DNA of 64,000 bases from an uncultured Bacteroidales bacterium (GTDB lineage Bacteria > Bacteroidota > Bacteroidia > Bacteroidales > UBA12077), in contig CAYVEW010000002.1 in the NCBI GenBank assembly GCA_964450375.1, forward strand, positions 8,449 through 72,448, in the 5' to 3' direction. Below, in pieces: positions 46,335 to 54,817 of this stretch (the first letter of the stretch is position 1; every line of letters begins with the position of its first letter). A program made the position numbers and the translations under genes. A model generated the notes under the pieces. The model worked only from the letters and a program-made list of their open reading frames with translations. It ran no database searches and was not told the origin of the DNA.

Positions 46335-49028
46335 TTAAAAATTAAATTTATATGTTACTGTTGGAATTGGTTCACCAAAAATTGATAATTTATAACCATT
46401 AATATTATCTTCATTATTCTCATAAAATATAGAATATGCATTATTTCTACCCAAGATATTATATATTGAGAAAATTAATAACCCATCAATTTTCTTATTC
46501 CTTTTTAAACTACCTCGAATAGAAAGGGAAATATCCCATCTTAAATAATACGGTAATCTATATTCATTGCGTTTAGAATAAATTAAGTAATAATGATTAT
46601 CAATATACATTTTACTTACTGGTAAAGTTATAGGCGCACCAGAAGCAAAATTAACCACATTTGAGATTATGAATCTTTTAGTTGGTTCAATGTTTATAAC
46701 TGCAGATAAGTTATGAGGCTTATCATAACTAGCAGGATAAAAATTACCATCATTAATAGTATTTTCTTCCAATTTATCATCTGCTTTAATAAATGCTCTT
46801 GAATAAGTATATGAAATCCATCCTGAAAACCTCCCTATATTTTTTTCTAATAATAACTCAAAACCATATGAAGTGCCATTTGCATTTACTATTTCTGTTT
46901 CCGGATGGCTGTTTAATTCAAATCTACTTCCATATTTAAAATCTTTTATATTGTTAATTTTCTTATAATAAGCTTCTAATGATATTGAAAATATTTTATT
47001 ATAAAAATCAAGATTATAACCAAGAGAATATTGATCAGCAATTTGTGGTGGAATATAGGCATTACTTAACTGCCAAGAACCTATTGGGGTTATTGCCTGT
47101 GTATTTGTTAGCATACTTATATACTGCCTGTTTCTATTATAACAAAAATTAATGTTCTGATTATTTCTTAATTTATAATTTCCTGAAATTCTAAACTCCG
47201 GTCCCCAATCAAAATTGATTAATTCATTATTTGAATATGAAATTGTATCAATAATATTGGATTCGTTTAAAATTCCGTTCATATAATTAAATTCGTCGTT
47301 TGCTCCCAAATAACTAAAAGAAGAAAGTCTTACACCTAAATCAAGTGTTAAATTTTGTATAATATTTAGTTTATCTCCAATAAACAATGAAAACTCAAGT
47401 CCCTTATCTTTATTCATTTCTACTTGATTAATTATGGAATATGAGTCTTTAGGGTTAATGTTCCAGGGGTTAATCTCATGATATACTAGCTCAAGACCCG
47501 AAGTGATTATATTGGTCTCATTCATATTCCATATTAACTTACTGTTAATTTTAAAATCATTAATTGAATGCTCTTTTATACTGGCGTATTCCTTTGAAGG
47601 AGTTTCTATTCTATTAATTTTATATGCAGTATAACCTACAACAGTTTCGATTACATTTTCGTCTTTCAAATATTTTTTGAATTTTATTGATAAAAGATCG
47701 CTATAAGTTTCATATTTACTTTCATTATTAAATGAAAAATCATCGTAACTTTTTATATAAAACAAAGAAATTTGATTATTTAAATTTGGGCGAAAACTTA
47801 ATTTTAAATTATAATCGTAAAAGCTGGCTTTGCTATTTACTAACTCTTTTACATTTATAAGATCCATTATCCAATTTGAATATGTTCCTCTATAGCTTGT
47901 ATTAAAGCTAAGTTTATCTTTAATAAGAGGACCATTAATAGAAAAATTAGCTGAAACTGGACTTATACCACCTTCAAATTGATATTTTTGATAGTCTCCC
48001 TCTTTTATTTTTATATTATAGACAGAAGATATTCTATTTCCATATTCAATAGGAATACTCGCTTTATAAAATGTAGCATCATCAACTGAATATGGATTGA
48101 TTCCAGGAAATAATCCGAAAAAATGTGAAAAGGAATATGTATGCATATCATCAATTAATATAAGATTTTGGTCGCCTTTACCACCTCTTACATTAAATGA
48201 CATATCCATTTCTCCTACTGATTGAACACCAGGCAATAAGAGAGAATGCTTAATGATATCAACCTCTCCCATAAAACTTGGTATTTCATTAATATCTAAT
48301 ATCTTAAGTTTATTGTAACCAATTACCTGTTTTTCATTCTTAGACTCTTGTCCCATAATACTAATTTCATCTAAGAAATTAACTTTTTGATCAAGACTTA
48401 TATCTAATTTTCCGCTTGAATAAAGTTGAACCTTACGCAGGGTAGGTTGCATACCCATATAACTATAAGTTAAAACATGATATCCTTTTGTTAAAAATAT
48501 TTTATAATTTCCATTTGCATCTGTAGTTGTCCCGATTGAACCCTCATCTGCAATTATCGAGACTCCAGACAACTTTTGTTTTGAAATTGTCTCAACAACA
48601 CTTCCTGATATTGCACTAACTTTCTCATTGAATCCTGGAACACCAATTTGATGAATGATTTTTTCATTCTCTGAATTATTAATTGTAACTTGATTCTCTG
48701 TATCTACTACTTGATAATCAATATCATTTTTTCTTAAATCAATAGATTCTACTTCTGAAAAAATTACATAAGTATCCTGATATATATAATATTTTAATAA
48801 GTTATTACTTTCAAAAGCCACATACAATACGGAATCTATGCTCGAATTACATATTGAATTAGTTACTTTGTGTTTATCTAGCCATTCTTCTTGATAAAAA
48901 CATTTTACATTAAATTTATTTTCTACATTTTCAATTAGCTCTCTTAATGTTATTTTCTTGTTGCTATCTTGGGCTATTACAATGTAATTAGCAATTAGTA
49001 AAAAAAAGATAAGGAAAGAATTTTTCAT
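46335..49028 (-). CDS. TonB-dependent receptor with N-terminal STN-like and carboxypeptidase-regulatory-like domains
   Basis: 897 aa. STN-like ITLRELIENVENKFNVKCFYQEEW. CarboxypepD_reg ISGSVVETISKQKLSGVSIIADEGSIGTTTDANGNYKI. Plug PGVQSVGEMDMSFNVRGGKGDQNLILIDD...YGNRISSVYNI. Beta-barrel ending ...PTVTYKFNF. Confidence 0.85.
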   Translation of the reverse strand: MKNSFLIFFLLIANYIVIAQDSNKKITLRELIENVENKFNVKCFYQEEWLDKHKVTNSICNSSIDSVLYVAFESNNLLKYYIYQDTYVIFSEVESIDLRKNDIDYQVVDTENQVTINNSENEKIIHQIGVPGFNEKVSAISGSVVETISKQKLSGVSIIADEGSIGTTTDANGNYKIFLTKGYHVLTYSYMGMQPTLRKVQLYSSGKLDISLDQKVNFLDEISIMGQESKNEKQVIGYNKLKILDINEIPSFMGEVDIIKHSLLLPGVQSVGEMDMSFNVRGGKGDQNLILIDDMHTYSFSHFFGLFPGINPYSVDDATFYKASIPIEYGNRISSVYNIKIKEGDYQKYQFEGGISPVSANFSINGPLIKDKLSFNTSYRGTYSNWIMDLINVKELVNSKASFYDYNLKLSFRPNLNNQISLFYIKSYDDFSFNNESKYETYSDLLSIKFKKYLKDENVIETVVGYTAYKINRIETPSKEYASIKEHSINDFKINSKLIWNMNETNIITSGLELVYHEINPWNINPKDSYSIINQVEMNKDKGLEFSLFIGDKLNIIQNLTLDLGVRLSSFSYLGANDEFNYMNGILNESNIIDTISYSNNELINFDWGPEFRISGNYKLRNNQNINFCYNRNRQYISMLTNTQAITPIGSWQLSNAYIPPQIADQYSLGYNLDFYNKIFSISLEAYYKKINNIKDFKYGSRFELNSHPETEIVNANGTSYGFELLLEKNIGRFSGWISYTYSRAFIKADDKLEENTINDGNFYPASYDKPHNLSAVINIEPTKRFIISNVVNFASGAPITLPVSKMYIDNHYYLIYSKRNEYRLPYYLRWDISLSIRGSLKRNKKIDGLLIFSIYNILGRNNAYSIFYENNEDNINGYKLSIFGEPIPTVTYKFNF

Positions 49029-49714
49029 ATTTCATTTAAGGATTCACAGAAAACTATTAATTTAACAATATCAGCATGCGACCATACTTTAATATTAAGA
49101 CCATTTGTTTTTATATACTTTCTTAATGCTTTTTTATGAACATCAAATATTAAAAGAAAATCCCTCTTTCTTTTAATTCGATACGGCTTGTTATCAATAA
49201 TCAAATAATAATAACTTTTTTCTATATATTCTTTAGTTCTGTTATATACAGGTAATTCATCTATTGTTTTGATAATTCCTTTAATATATTTGTATTTCCC
49301 ATCATATATTAATTGATAGTATTTAATATCAGGAATTAAACCTTTCAGATCAGAATATTCATTTGTAAATACAAGCGTATGACTTGAAACAGTTAATTCA
49401 AACCTATCTAAATAATTATTATTCAGCAAAATAAATCTTGGAGATTTTACATCTATATTCTGATAATAAATTAAATGCTGATTCAATAAATCATACTTTA
49501 TTAATAAATTATTAAATGTCATTCCTTTATAAACAATATTACTAGAATAATATTCATTATCAATAAAAAAAGGATGACCTTTTATATTGGTCCTTTTTTC
49601 TTGATAAAGTCTGCCATTTAATAAAATAGATCTTTTCGGATCAATTTCTTGTGCTAATAAATTTATATACATGTTATTAGCAATAAGAAACGAAATTAAT
49701 AACTTTAACCACAT
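49025..49714 (-). CDS. secreted hypothetical protein, first gene of the receptor operon
   Basis: 229 aa. Signal-like N-terminus. Its stop TGA overlaps the receptor ATG (ATGA at 49025-49028). Confidence 0.5.
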   Translation of the reverse strand: MWLKLLISFLIANNMYINLLAQEIDPKRSILLNGRLYQEKRTNIKGHPFFIDNEYYSSNIVYKGMTFNNLLIKYDLLNQHLIYYQNIDVKSPRFILLNNNYLDRFELTVSSHTLVFTNEYSDLKGLIPDIKYYQLIYDGKYKYIKGIIKTIDELPVYNRTKEYIEKSYYYLIIDNKPYRIKRKRDFLLIFDVHKKALRKYIKTNGLNIKVWSHADIVKLIVFCESLNEI

Positions 49715-50138
49715 ATAATTGAGCTTCTAATATATTTGTATATTCTATATATATGGACTTTGATAAGTATAGAATAGTTTAATATACAAATAGAATTTAT
49801 TTAAACATATTTAATATTAATTTGAATATCATATATTTTGTAAAATAGTTTTCATCAATTTATCCGATTCCTTTTAAATATATTTAATGAGTACCCTATA
49901 AAATCATTGATAAAATGATTTAGTTTAATTAATAATAGTCTCTATTGAATCTATCTATTTTATTAAATATAGATTGTATTTAATAGAAAAGTACGATTAA
50001 TAGCTTATTTGTGAGTAAAACAGGCAATAATAATTAATTAACTTACAAATCTTAACATTATTTATCAAACTCCAATTCGTAAGTCCAAGAATTATTATAA
50101 ATCCTGAAGTTTAGAAAGACATCTTATATTTTCAAGGG

Positions 50139-51308
50139 TCACCTCGCATGTTTAAAAGCAAGCTCTAATTTTTCTGCCAATCGCTTATAAACTTCTTCTT
50201 CCGTTCCTATTCCATTAATATTGTAAATGTTTTTTTGTTTCTCGTAATAATCTAACACCGGTTTTGTTCTGCTTTGGAAACTTTCCAAGCGCCGAATAAT
50301 TACATCGGTATCCATGTCGTAATAGCGTCGTTTTTCTGTTTTACTTCGGGCGCTTAAGCGTTTAATAGATTCTAAAGTGGGTACATCTAAATTAAACACA
50401 CACGAAACAGATGAATTAATTCTACGTAACAGCCCGTCTAAAATATACGCCTGTACAATAGTTCTCGGATACCCTTTAAAAAAGAAACCTTTTGCATCGG
50501 GATGTGTTTGTATTTGTTTTTCGATTAGCTTAATGGCGAATTCATCCGGAACAATGTCTCCTTTTTCCATGTATTCTTTGGCAGCCAACCCCATATCTGT
50601 TCCTTTTTCAATTTCTTTGCGCAGCAATGAACCTGTAGATATGTAAACCAAATCGTATTTTTCAGCCAGCATCATTCCTTGCGTTCCTTTTCCTGATCCG
50701 GGAGGGCCGAATAATACCACATTTAACCACGTTTTAGTCAAAGATTGTTCAACCACATTGGTTATTCTTTCAAAAATTTCATCAACACTACCAACACCAT
50801 CAACACTGTATTTTATTCCTTTTTCGCCATAAAAATCGGCAACGGGTATGGTTTTGTTTTTATATTCTTTTAATCGGTTTTGTATAACTTCTGTGGTATC
50901 ATCGGCACGATTTTCTTTTTTTGCGCGTGCCTGCATTCGTTTCATTAGAATATCTTCAGGCACTTCGAGGCTAACCATGCAGTTTAGCGAAGTATTCTGT
51001 TTTAAAAGTAAACCTTCCAGAATATATGCTTGTACTACTGTTCTTGGGAAACCATCAAATAAAAAACCATTTACATTCGTGTTAGTTCTGATTTTTTTCT
51101 CAATAATTTGTACAATGATCTCATCAGATACTAATCCGCCTCTTTCGATTACGCTTTTTGCTCTTAAACCAAGTTCCGAGCCTTCAGCAATTTCTTCTCT
51201 TAAAATGTCGCCTGTGGAAATATATGCAAGGTTGTACTTTTCAATCAGTTTTCGCGATTGAGTACCTTTTCCTGCCCCGGGAGGGCCAAATAAAGCAATG
51301 TTATACAT
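50139..51308 (-). CDS. adk: tandem (two-domain) adenylate kinase fusion
   Basis: 389 aa in one uninterrupted frame. Domain 1 has the canonical motifs ALFGPPGAGKGTQ, ISTGDILR, LFDGFPRT and NRADD. Domain 2 has VLFGPPGSGKGTQ, ISTGSLLR, FFKGYPRT and a divergent lid (KRRYYDMDTD). Confidence 0.85.
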   Translation of the reverse strand: MYNIALFGPPGAGKGTQSRKLIEKYNLAYISTGDILREEIAEGSELGLRAKSVIERGGLVSDEIIVQIIEKKIRTNTNVNGFLFDGFPRTVVQAYILEGLLLKQNTSLNCMVSLEVPEDILMKRMQARAKKENRADDTTEVIQNRLKEYKNKTIPVADFYGEKGIKYSVDGVGSVDEIFERITNVVEQSLTKTWLNVVLFGPPGSGKGTQGMMLAEKYDLVYISTGSLLRKEIEKGTDMGLAAKEYMEKGDIVPDEFAIKLIEKQIQTHPDAKGFFFKGYPRTIVQAYILDGLLRRINSSVSCVFNLDVPTLESIKRLSARSKTEKRRYYDMDTDVIIRRLESFQSRTKPVLDYYEKQKNIYNINGIGTEEEVYKRLAEKLELAFKHAR

Positions 51309-51400
51309 TTATGTTAATTTTAGAGTTAGTTTTGTCTGTTAGCTAATTTAGTATTTAATTATTTATCAAACAATATTACTTATATAATCCAAAATAAAAA

Positions 51401-51428
51401 AGCCCTAAAGTGGCATGACTATAGGGCT
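51401..51428 (-). terminator. intrinsic terminator downstream of the darB-like gene
   Basis: Stem agcccta (51401-51407) / tagggct (51422-51428). On the minus strand it is followed by UUUUUAUUUU. Confidence 0.65.
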
Positions 51429-51450
51429 TTATATATCGTATAAATTCATT

Positions 51451-52593
51451 TTAAACTACAGTTAAATAAGCGTACGAATAAGAAAACCTTCCGCTTTCAG
51501 GAACCATAATTAAGATTTTTTCACCTTTTTTAAGTTTACCCGAATGAAATAGTTCTTCTAAAATGATATAAATGGATGCTGAACCCACATTGCCTACTTT
51601 GGTTAAATTGGTATACCACTTTTCTTCTGCAACTTCAATACCCTGCTCCTTCATCTCATCATACAATCGTTTCTTAAAATACATAGATGATAAATGCGGT
51701 AAGAAATAGTTTACATCTTTTTCGGAATCGACATTTCTTCTTTGCATGATTTTAGCCATGGGTGTTATACATTTTTCAACCACATGTTTATCAAGTAATT
51801 TTACATCTTGTTTAACAGAAAAAACCGATTGATCGAGCCATATTTCTGGATTTAATTCACGCCAGCCTGTTAACTCGCCGTTTTCGTTTTTTAGAGCACC
51901 TGCATACATACACGCTTCCAGCTCATTTGCAAACGATATGGTTTCAATCCACTCAATTTTAAGTGAAATACCTTCTGTATTTGGTTTATTTTCAAGTAAT
52001 GCTGCTCCTGCACCATCAGATAGCATCCAGCGCAAGAAATCTTTATCAAAGGCTAAAATAGGATTCTTTTCCAAATGGTTGGTACAGTTAATTTCTTTAT
52101 TGAATTTATCAGCTCTTAATAGGGTAGAAATTACTTCTGAACCAGTAGCTACTGCATTTTTAGATTGTTCTGCTAAAATAGACAGATATGCATATTTTAG
52201 TGCATGCATTCCGGCACAACATACGCCGGAAGGTGAAATTACTTCGAGTGTATTATTATTTAATTTACCATGAACCATCGATGCATGTGATGGTAATAAT
52301 TGATCGGGTAACGAGGTTCCGCACGATAACACTTCTAAATCATCTAATGAAAACTGTTTGTTTTCTAAATCTTTTATTGCAAGTGCAGTAATATCAGCAT
52401 TCGAAAATTTAATATCTCCTTTTTTATCAATTACATAATACCTGTTTTTAATTCCGTTCTGGCGCAAGATAATATTTTTGGAACGTGATGGTTTCCCGTT
52501 TACTAATCCTAAAATATCTTCCATTTCATCATTAGAAACAGGTTCGTTTGGTAAAAACTTTGCTAAATTGGTTATGTATACTTGGTTTGGCAT
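51451..52593 (-). CDS. darB: KAS III-like ketosynthase, DarB-type (dialkylresorcinol-condensing enzyme candidate)
   Basis: 380 aa. It is not classical FabH at the N-terminus (MPNQVYITNLAKFLPNEPVSNDEMEDILG). Cys-His-Asn contexts are GVCCAGMHAL, LPHLSS and VGNVGSASIYI. It lies 15 nt downstream of a DarA-like gene. Confidence 0.6.
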   Translation of the reverse strand: MPNQVYITNLAKFLPNEPVSNDEMEDILGLVNGKPSRSKNIILRQNGIKNRYYVIDKKGDIKFSNADITALAIKDLENKQFSLDDLEVLSCGTSLPDQLLPSHASMVHGKLNNNTLEVISPSGVCCAGMHALKYAYLSILAEQSKNAVATGSEVISTLLRADKFNKEINCTNHLEKNPILAFDKDFLRWMLSDGAGAALLENKPNTEGISLKIEWIETISFANELEACMYAGALKNENGELTGWRELNPEIWLDQSVFSVKQDVKLLDKHVVEKCITPMAKIMQRRNVDSEKDVNYFLPHLSSMYFKKRLYDEMKEQGIEVAEEKWYTNLTKVGNVGSASIYIILEELFHSGKLKKGEKILIMVPESGRFSYSYAYLTVV

Positions 52594-52608
52594 TTTATAA
52601 TGAAATTC

Positions 52609-53538
52609 TTATATATTCGACTTAAATTCTACTCCCGAAAAATATGCTTTTTCTCTTTTTATCTTTTTTAATTTGAAAGGAGCAAAAATAAGAAAAAATA
52701 TGTATTCAATGGGTGCGATAACTAAAATTGCAAAAGGAAAATAAAAAGCAAACAGCCTAACTCTGCCCCTTCTTCTTGGATCACCCGGCCCGCCTTTCTT
52801 TGAAATAAAACTAGCCCATTTTGTAAAGACCCGTTTATAAGCCATTCGTTCGGTAGTTGCTAAATACGAATTTATTTTAACAGCATTGGCTTTTATTAAT
52901 TCTTCTTGTAAACTATCTAGTTTATTGTTTTCGTATTGATTCTTAACTATTTCGCCAAAAATATGTGTGTTACCTATATCCTTATCAGAAACTCCTGGTT
53001 TGGGGAAGAAACCAAGGAAACGATCTTTTTTACCACTAAATAAAAAGTATGATATGGTAATAATTCCGGTTAAGTTTTCAGCTCTATCGCGTAATACAAT
53101 ATTACCAACTAACTGTCCGCCTAATTCAATAATTTTTTCTTTTACATATTCCTGAGCAACCACCCACATATTCCGAACTCCAAGCAGGGTAATTACCGGT
53201 TTACCCTTAATGATCCTTTTTGCGTCATCAGATAATAAAAATGAATTGAAGGGTATGGAAGGCATCATATACCATACAGTATATGCAAGCACAATCAGAT
53301 CATACTCTTTATCAGGAATATTTAAAGGTTTTATTTCGCAAGGTACTTTATTCACAGACTCAGCAAAGGCATCAAAAAATCTTCTTCCACTCCATGGAAA
53401 ATCAAATTCTTGCACAGGTTCTATATTTGCATAAGTTACCGAATACCTATCTGAGCTTTCAAAAGGTTTGGCAAAATCCCTTACAATTTCGGTAAGCTGT
53501 CCCGATTGTGAATAATAAATGATTAATACGTTCTTCAT
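52609..53538 (-). CDS. darA: flavodoxin-fold DarA-like protein (dialkylresorcinol pathway partner candidate)
   Basis: MKNVLIIYYSQSGQLTEIV... is a flavodoxin-like beta1-loop start. There is a C-terminal hydrophobic segment (LFAFYFPFAILVIAPIEYIFFLIFAPF). The track ORF extends to 53613, but the extra 25 codons look spurious. The DarA name comes from memory of the family and its pairing with DarB. Confidence 0.5.
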   Translation of the reverse strand: MKNVLIIYYSQSGQLTEIVRDFAKPFESSDRYSVTYANIEPVQEFDFPWSGRRFFDAFAESVNKVPCEIKPLNIPDKEYDLIVLAYTVWYMMPSIPFNSFLLSDDAKRIIKGKPVITLLGVRNMWVVAQEYVKEKIIELGGQLVGNIVLRDRAENLTGIITISYFLFSGKKDRFLGFFPKPGVSDKDIGNTHIFGEIVKNQYENNKLDSLQEELIKANAVKINSYLATTERMAYKRVFTKWASFISKKGGPGDPRRRGRVRLFAFYFPFAILVIAPIEYIFFLIFAPFKLKKIKREKAYFSGVEFKSNI

Positions 53539-53653
53539 CTTTAAAGTAGGAAGATTTATAAAATTGAAGGCTAAAAATAAAGGAAAAACTTGTAATAAGG
53601 ATAATCTTTTCACAAGTTTTTATATGCTGTACAATATTTAGACTAATTATTTA

Positions 53654-54013
53654 TTATCTCGGATCTGACAAAAAATAAACTGCAATACCTACTATTAAAA
53701 GATTTAATATTAAAATTGAATCTAATCCGCCATCCATAATATTAATGATATTATAAATTGAAATTAGTGTGATAACAAATCCTGAAGCTACAGTTAATGT
53801 TGTTTTTTTTACAATGCCGGTGATAAATATAATAGCACTGGCAACTAAAAATAGTGTAGCAACATAGAATTCAACCTTGCTTAGTTGAAATTTTGAAAAT
53901 CTACTAAAATATTCATTGTAAGCAAATAATAATAATCCTATTCTCATTATCCAAATGGAAACAGGTACTAAACTTTTAATGGGTTTCATAATTAGTTTTT
54001 TTATGGTTATCAA
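53654..54013 (-). CDS. small four-TM membrane protein
   Basis: 119 aa, four hydrophobic helices. It lies upstream of, and co-directional with, the darA-like gene. Confidence 0.5.
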   Translation of the reverse strand: MITIKKLIMKPIKSLVPVSIWIMRIGLLLFAYNEYFSRFSKFQLSKVEFYVATLFLVASAIIFITGIVKKTTLTVASGFVITLISIYNIINIMDGGLDSILILNLLIVGIAVYFLSDPR

Positions 54014-54088
54014 TATCTAAAATTAAAAAACAATAAATCAAATATGTTTAATGTTTGAATTGAACAATTGAACATTTAATTATCTTTC

Positions 54089-54760
54089 TTGTTCTACGTT
54101 AAACAATTAAAACAAACAAACATGAAAATAATATCAAAACTACTAATTATTGCTGTATTAGTGAACATTACTTTTACTTCTTGTGCAAAAAATCCGAAGG
54201 AAAATATAAATCTTGATAACAAACAAGTATTTGATGCAATTATAGTTCCTGGTGTTCCTTATAACGATGAATCGTGGAGTAAAATATTAATGAGTCGGAT
54301 TTATTGGTCGTATCATCTATATAAACAGGGGATTACAAAAAATATTATTTATTCTGGATCGGCAGTTTATACTCCATATATAGAATCAGAAATTATGGCT
54401 ATGTATGGCAAAGCCATGGGTATTCCGGATAGTGTAATATATACCGAAACCAACGCCGAACATAGTGTGGAGAATGTTTATTATTCATATCAGATTGCAA
54501 AAGATTTAGGTTTCGAAAAAATTGCTTTGGCAACCGATCCTTTTCAGTCTAAAATGATGGAAGGGCCTTCGAATAGAATGAATGTAAATATCGAGTTTAT
54601 TCCATTTTCAACAGAAATGCTGGATACACTTAAAATAAATGATTATAACATTCCTGATGATAAAGCATTTGTAGAAAACTTTGTTTCCTTAACCGAACGT
54701 AAAAACTTTTTCCAACGCTTTAGAGGCACCCTGGGCGGTAATTTAAATCTTAAGGATTAA
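54089..54760 (+). CDS. YdcF/DUF218 (ElyC/SanA-like) family protein, lipoprotein
   Basis: 223 aa. Lipobox-like FTSC. DAIIVPGVPY and IIYSGSAVYTPYIESEIMAMY are typical of DUF218. The likely start is MKIISKLL (54122). Confidence 0.65.
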   Translation: MFYVKQLKQTNMKIISKLLIIAVLVNITFTSCAKNPKENINLDNKQVFDAIIVPGVPYNDESWSKILMSRIYWSYHLYKQGITKNIIYSGSAVYTPYIESEIMAMYGKAMGIPDSVIYTETNAEHSVENVYYSYQIAKDLGFEKIALATDPFQSKMMEGPSNRMNVNIEFIPFSTEMLDTLKINDYNIPDDKAFVENFVSLTERKNFFQRFRGTLGGNLNLKD

Positions 54761-54817
54761 AATTAACAAAGCAAAATTAAAAATAATTAAACTTTGCATA
54801 ACTTTGATTAGTCAAAG

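Noticed and set aside
49715-50138. 424-bp AT-rich gene-free tract considered as a mobile-element remnant or ncRNA locus
   Set aside because: I found no terminal inverted repeats of convincing length, no integrase or transposase fragment, and no structured GC-rich RNA-like core. The short AT palindromes are expected by chance at this composition.
50377-51346. Plus-strand ORFs (89, 137, 62 aa) across the adenylate kinase fusion
   Set aside because: They are antisense to a gene with unmistakable P-loop and Adk motifs, so they are shadow ORFs.
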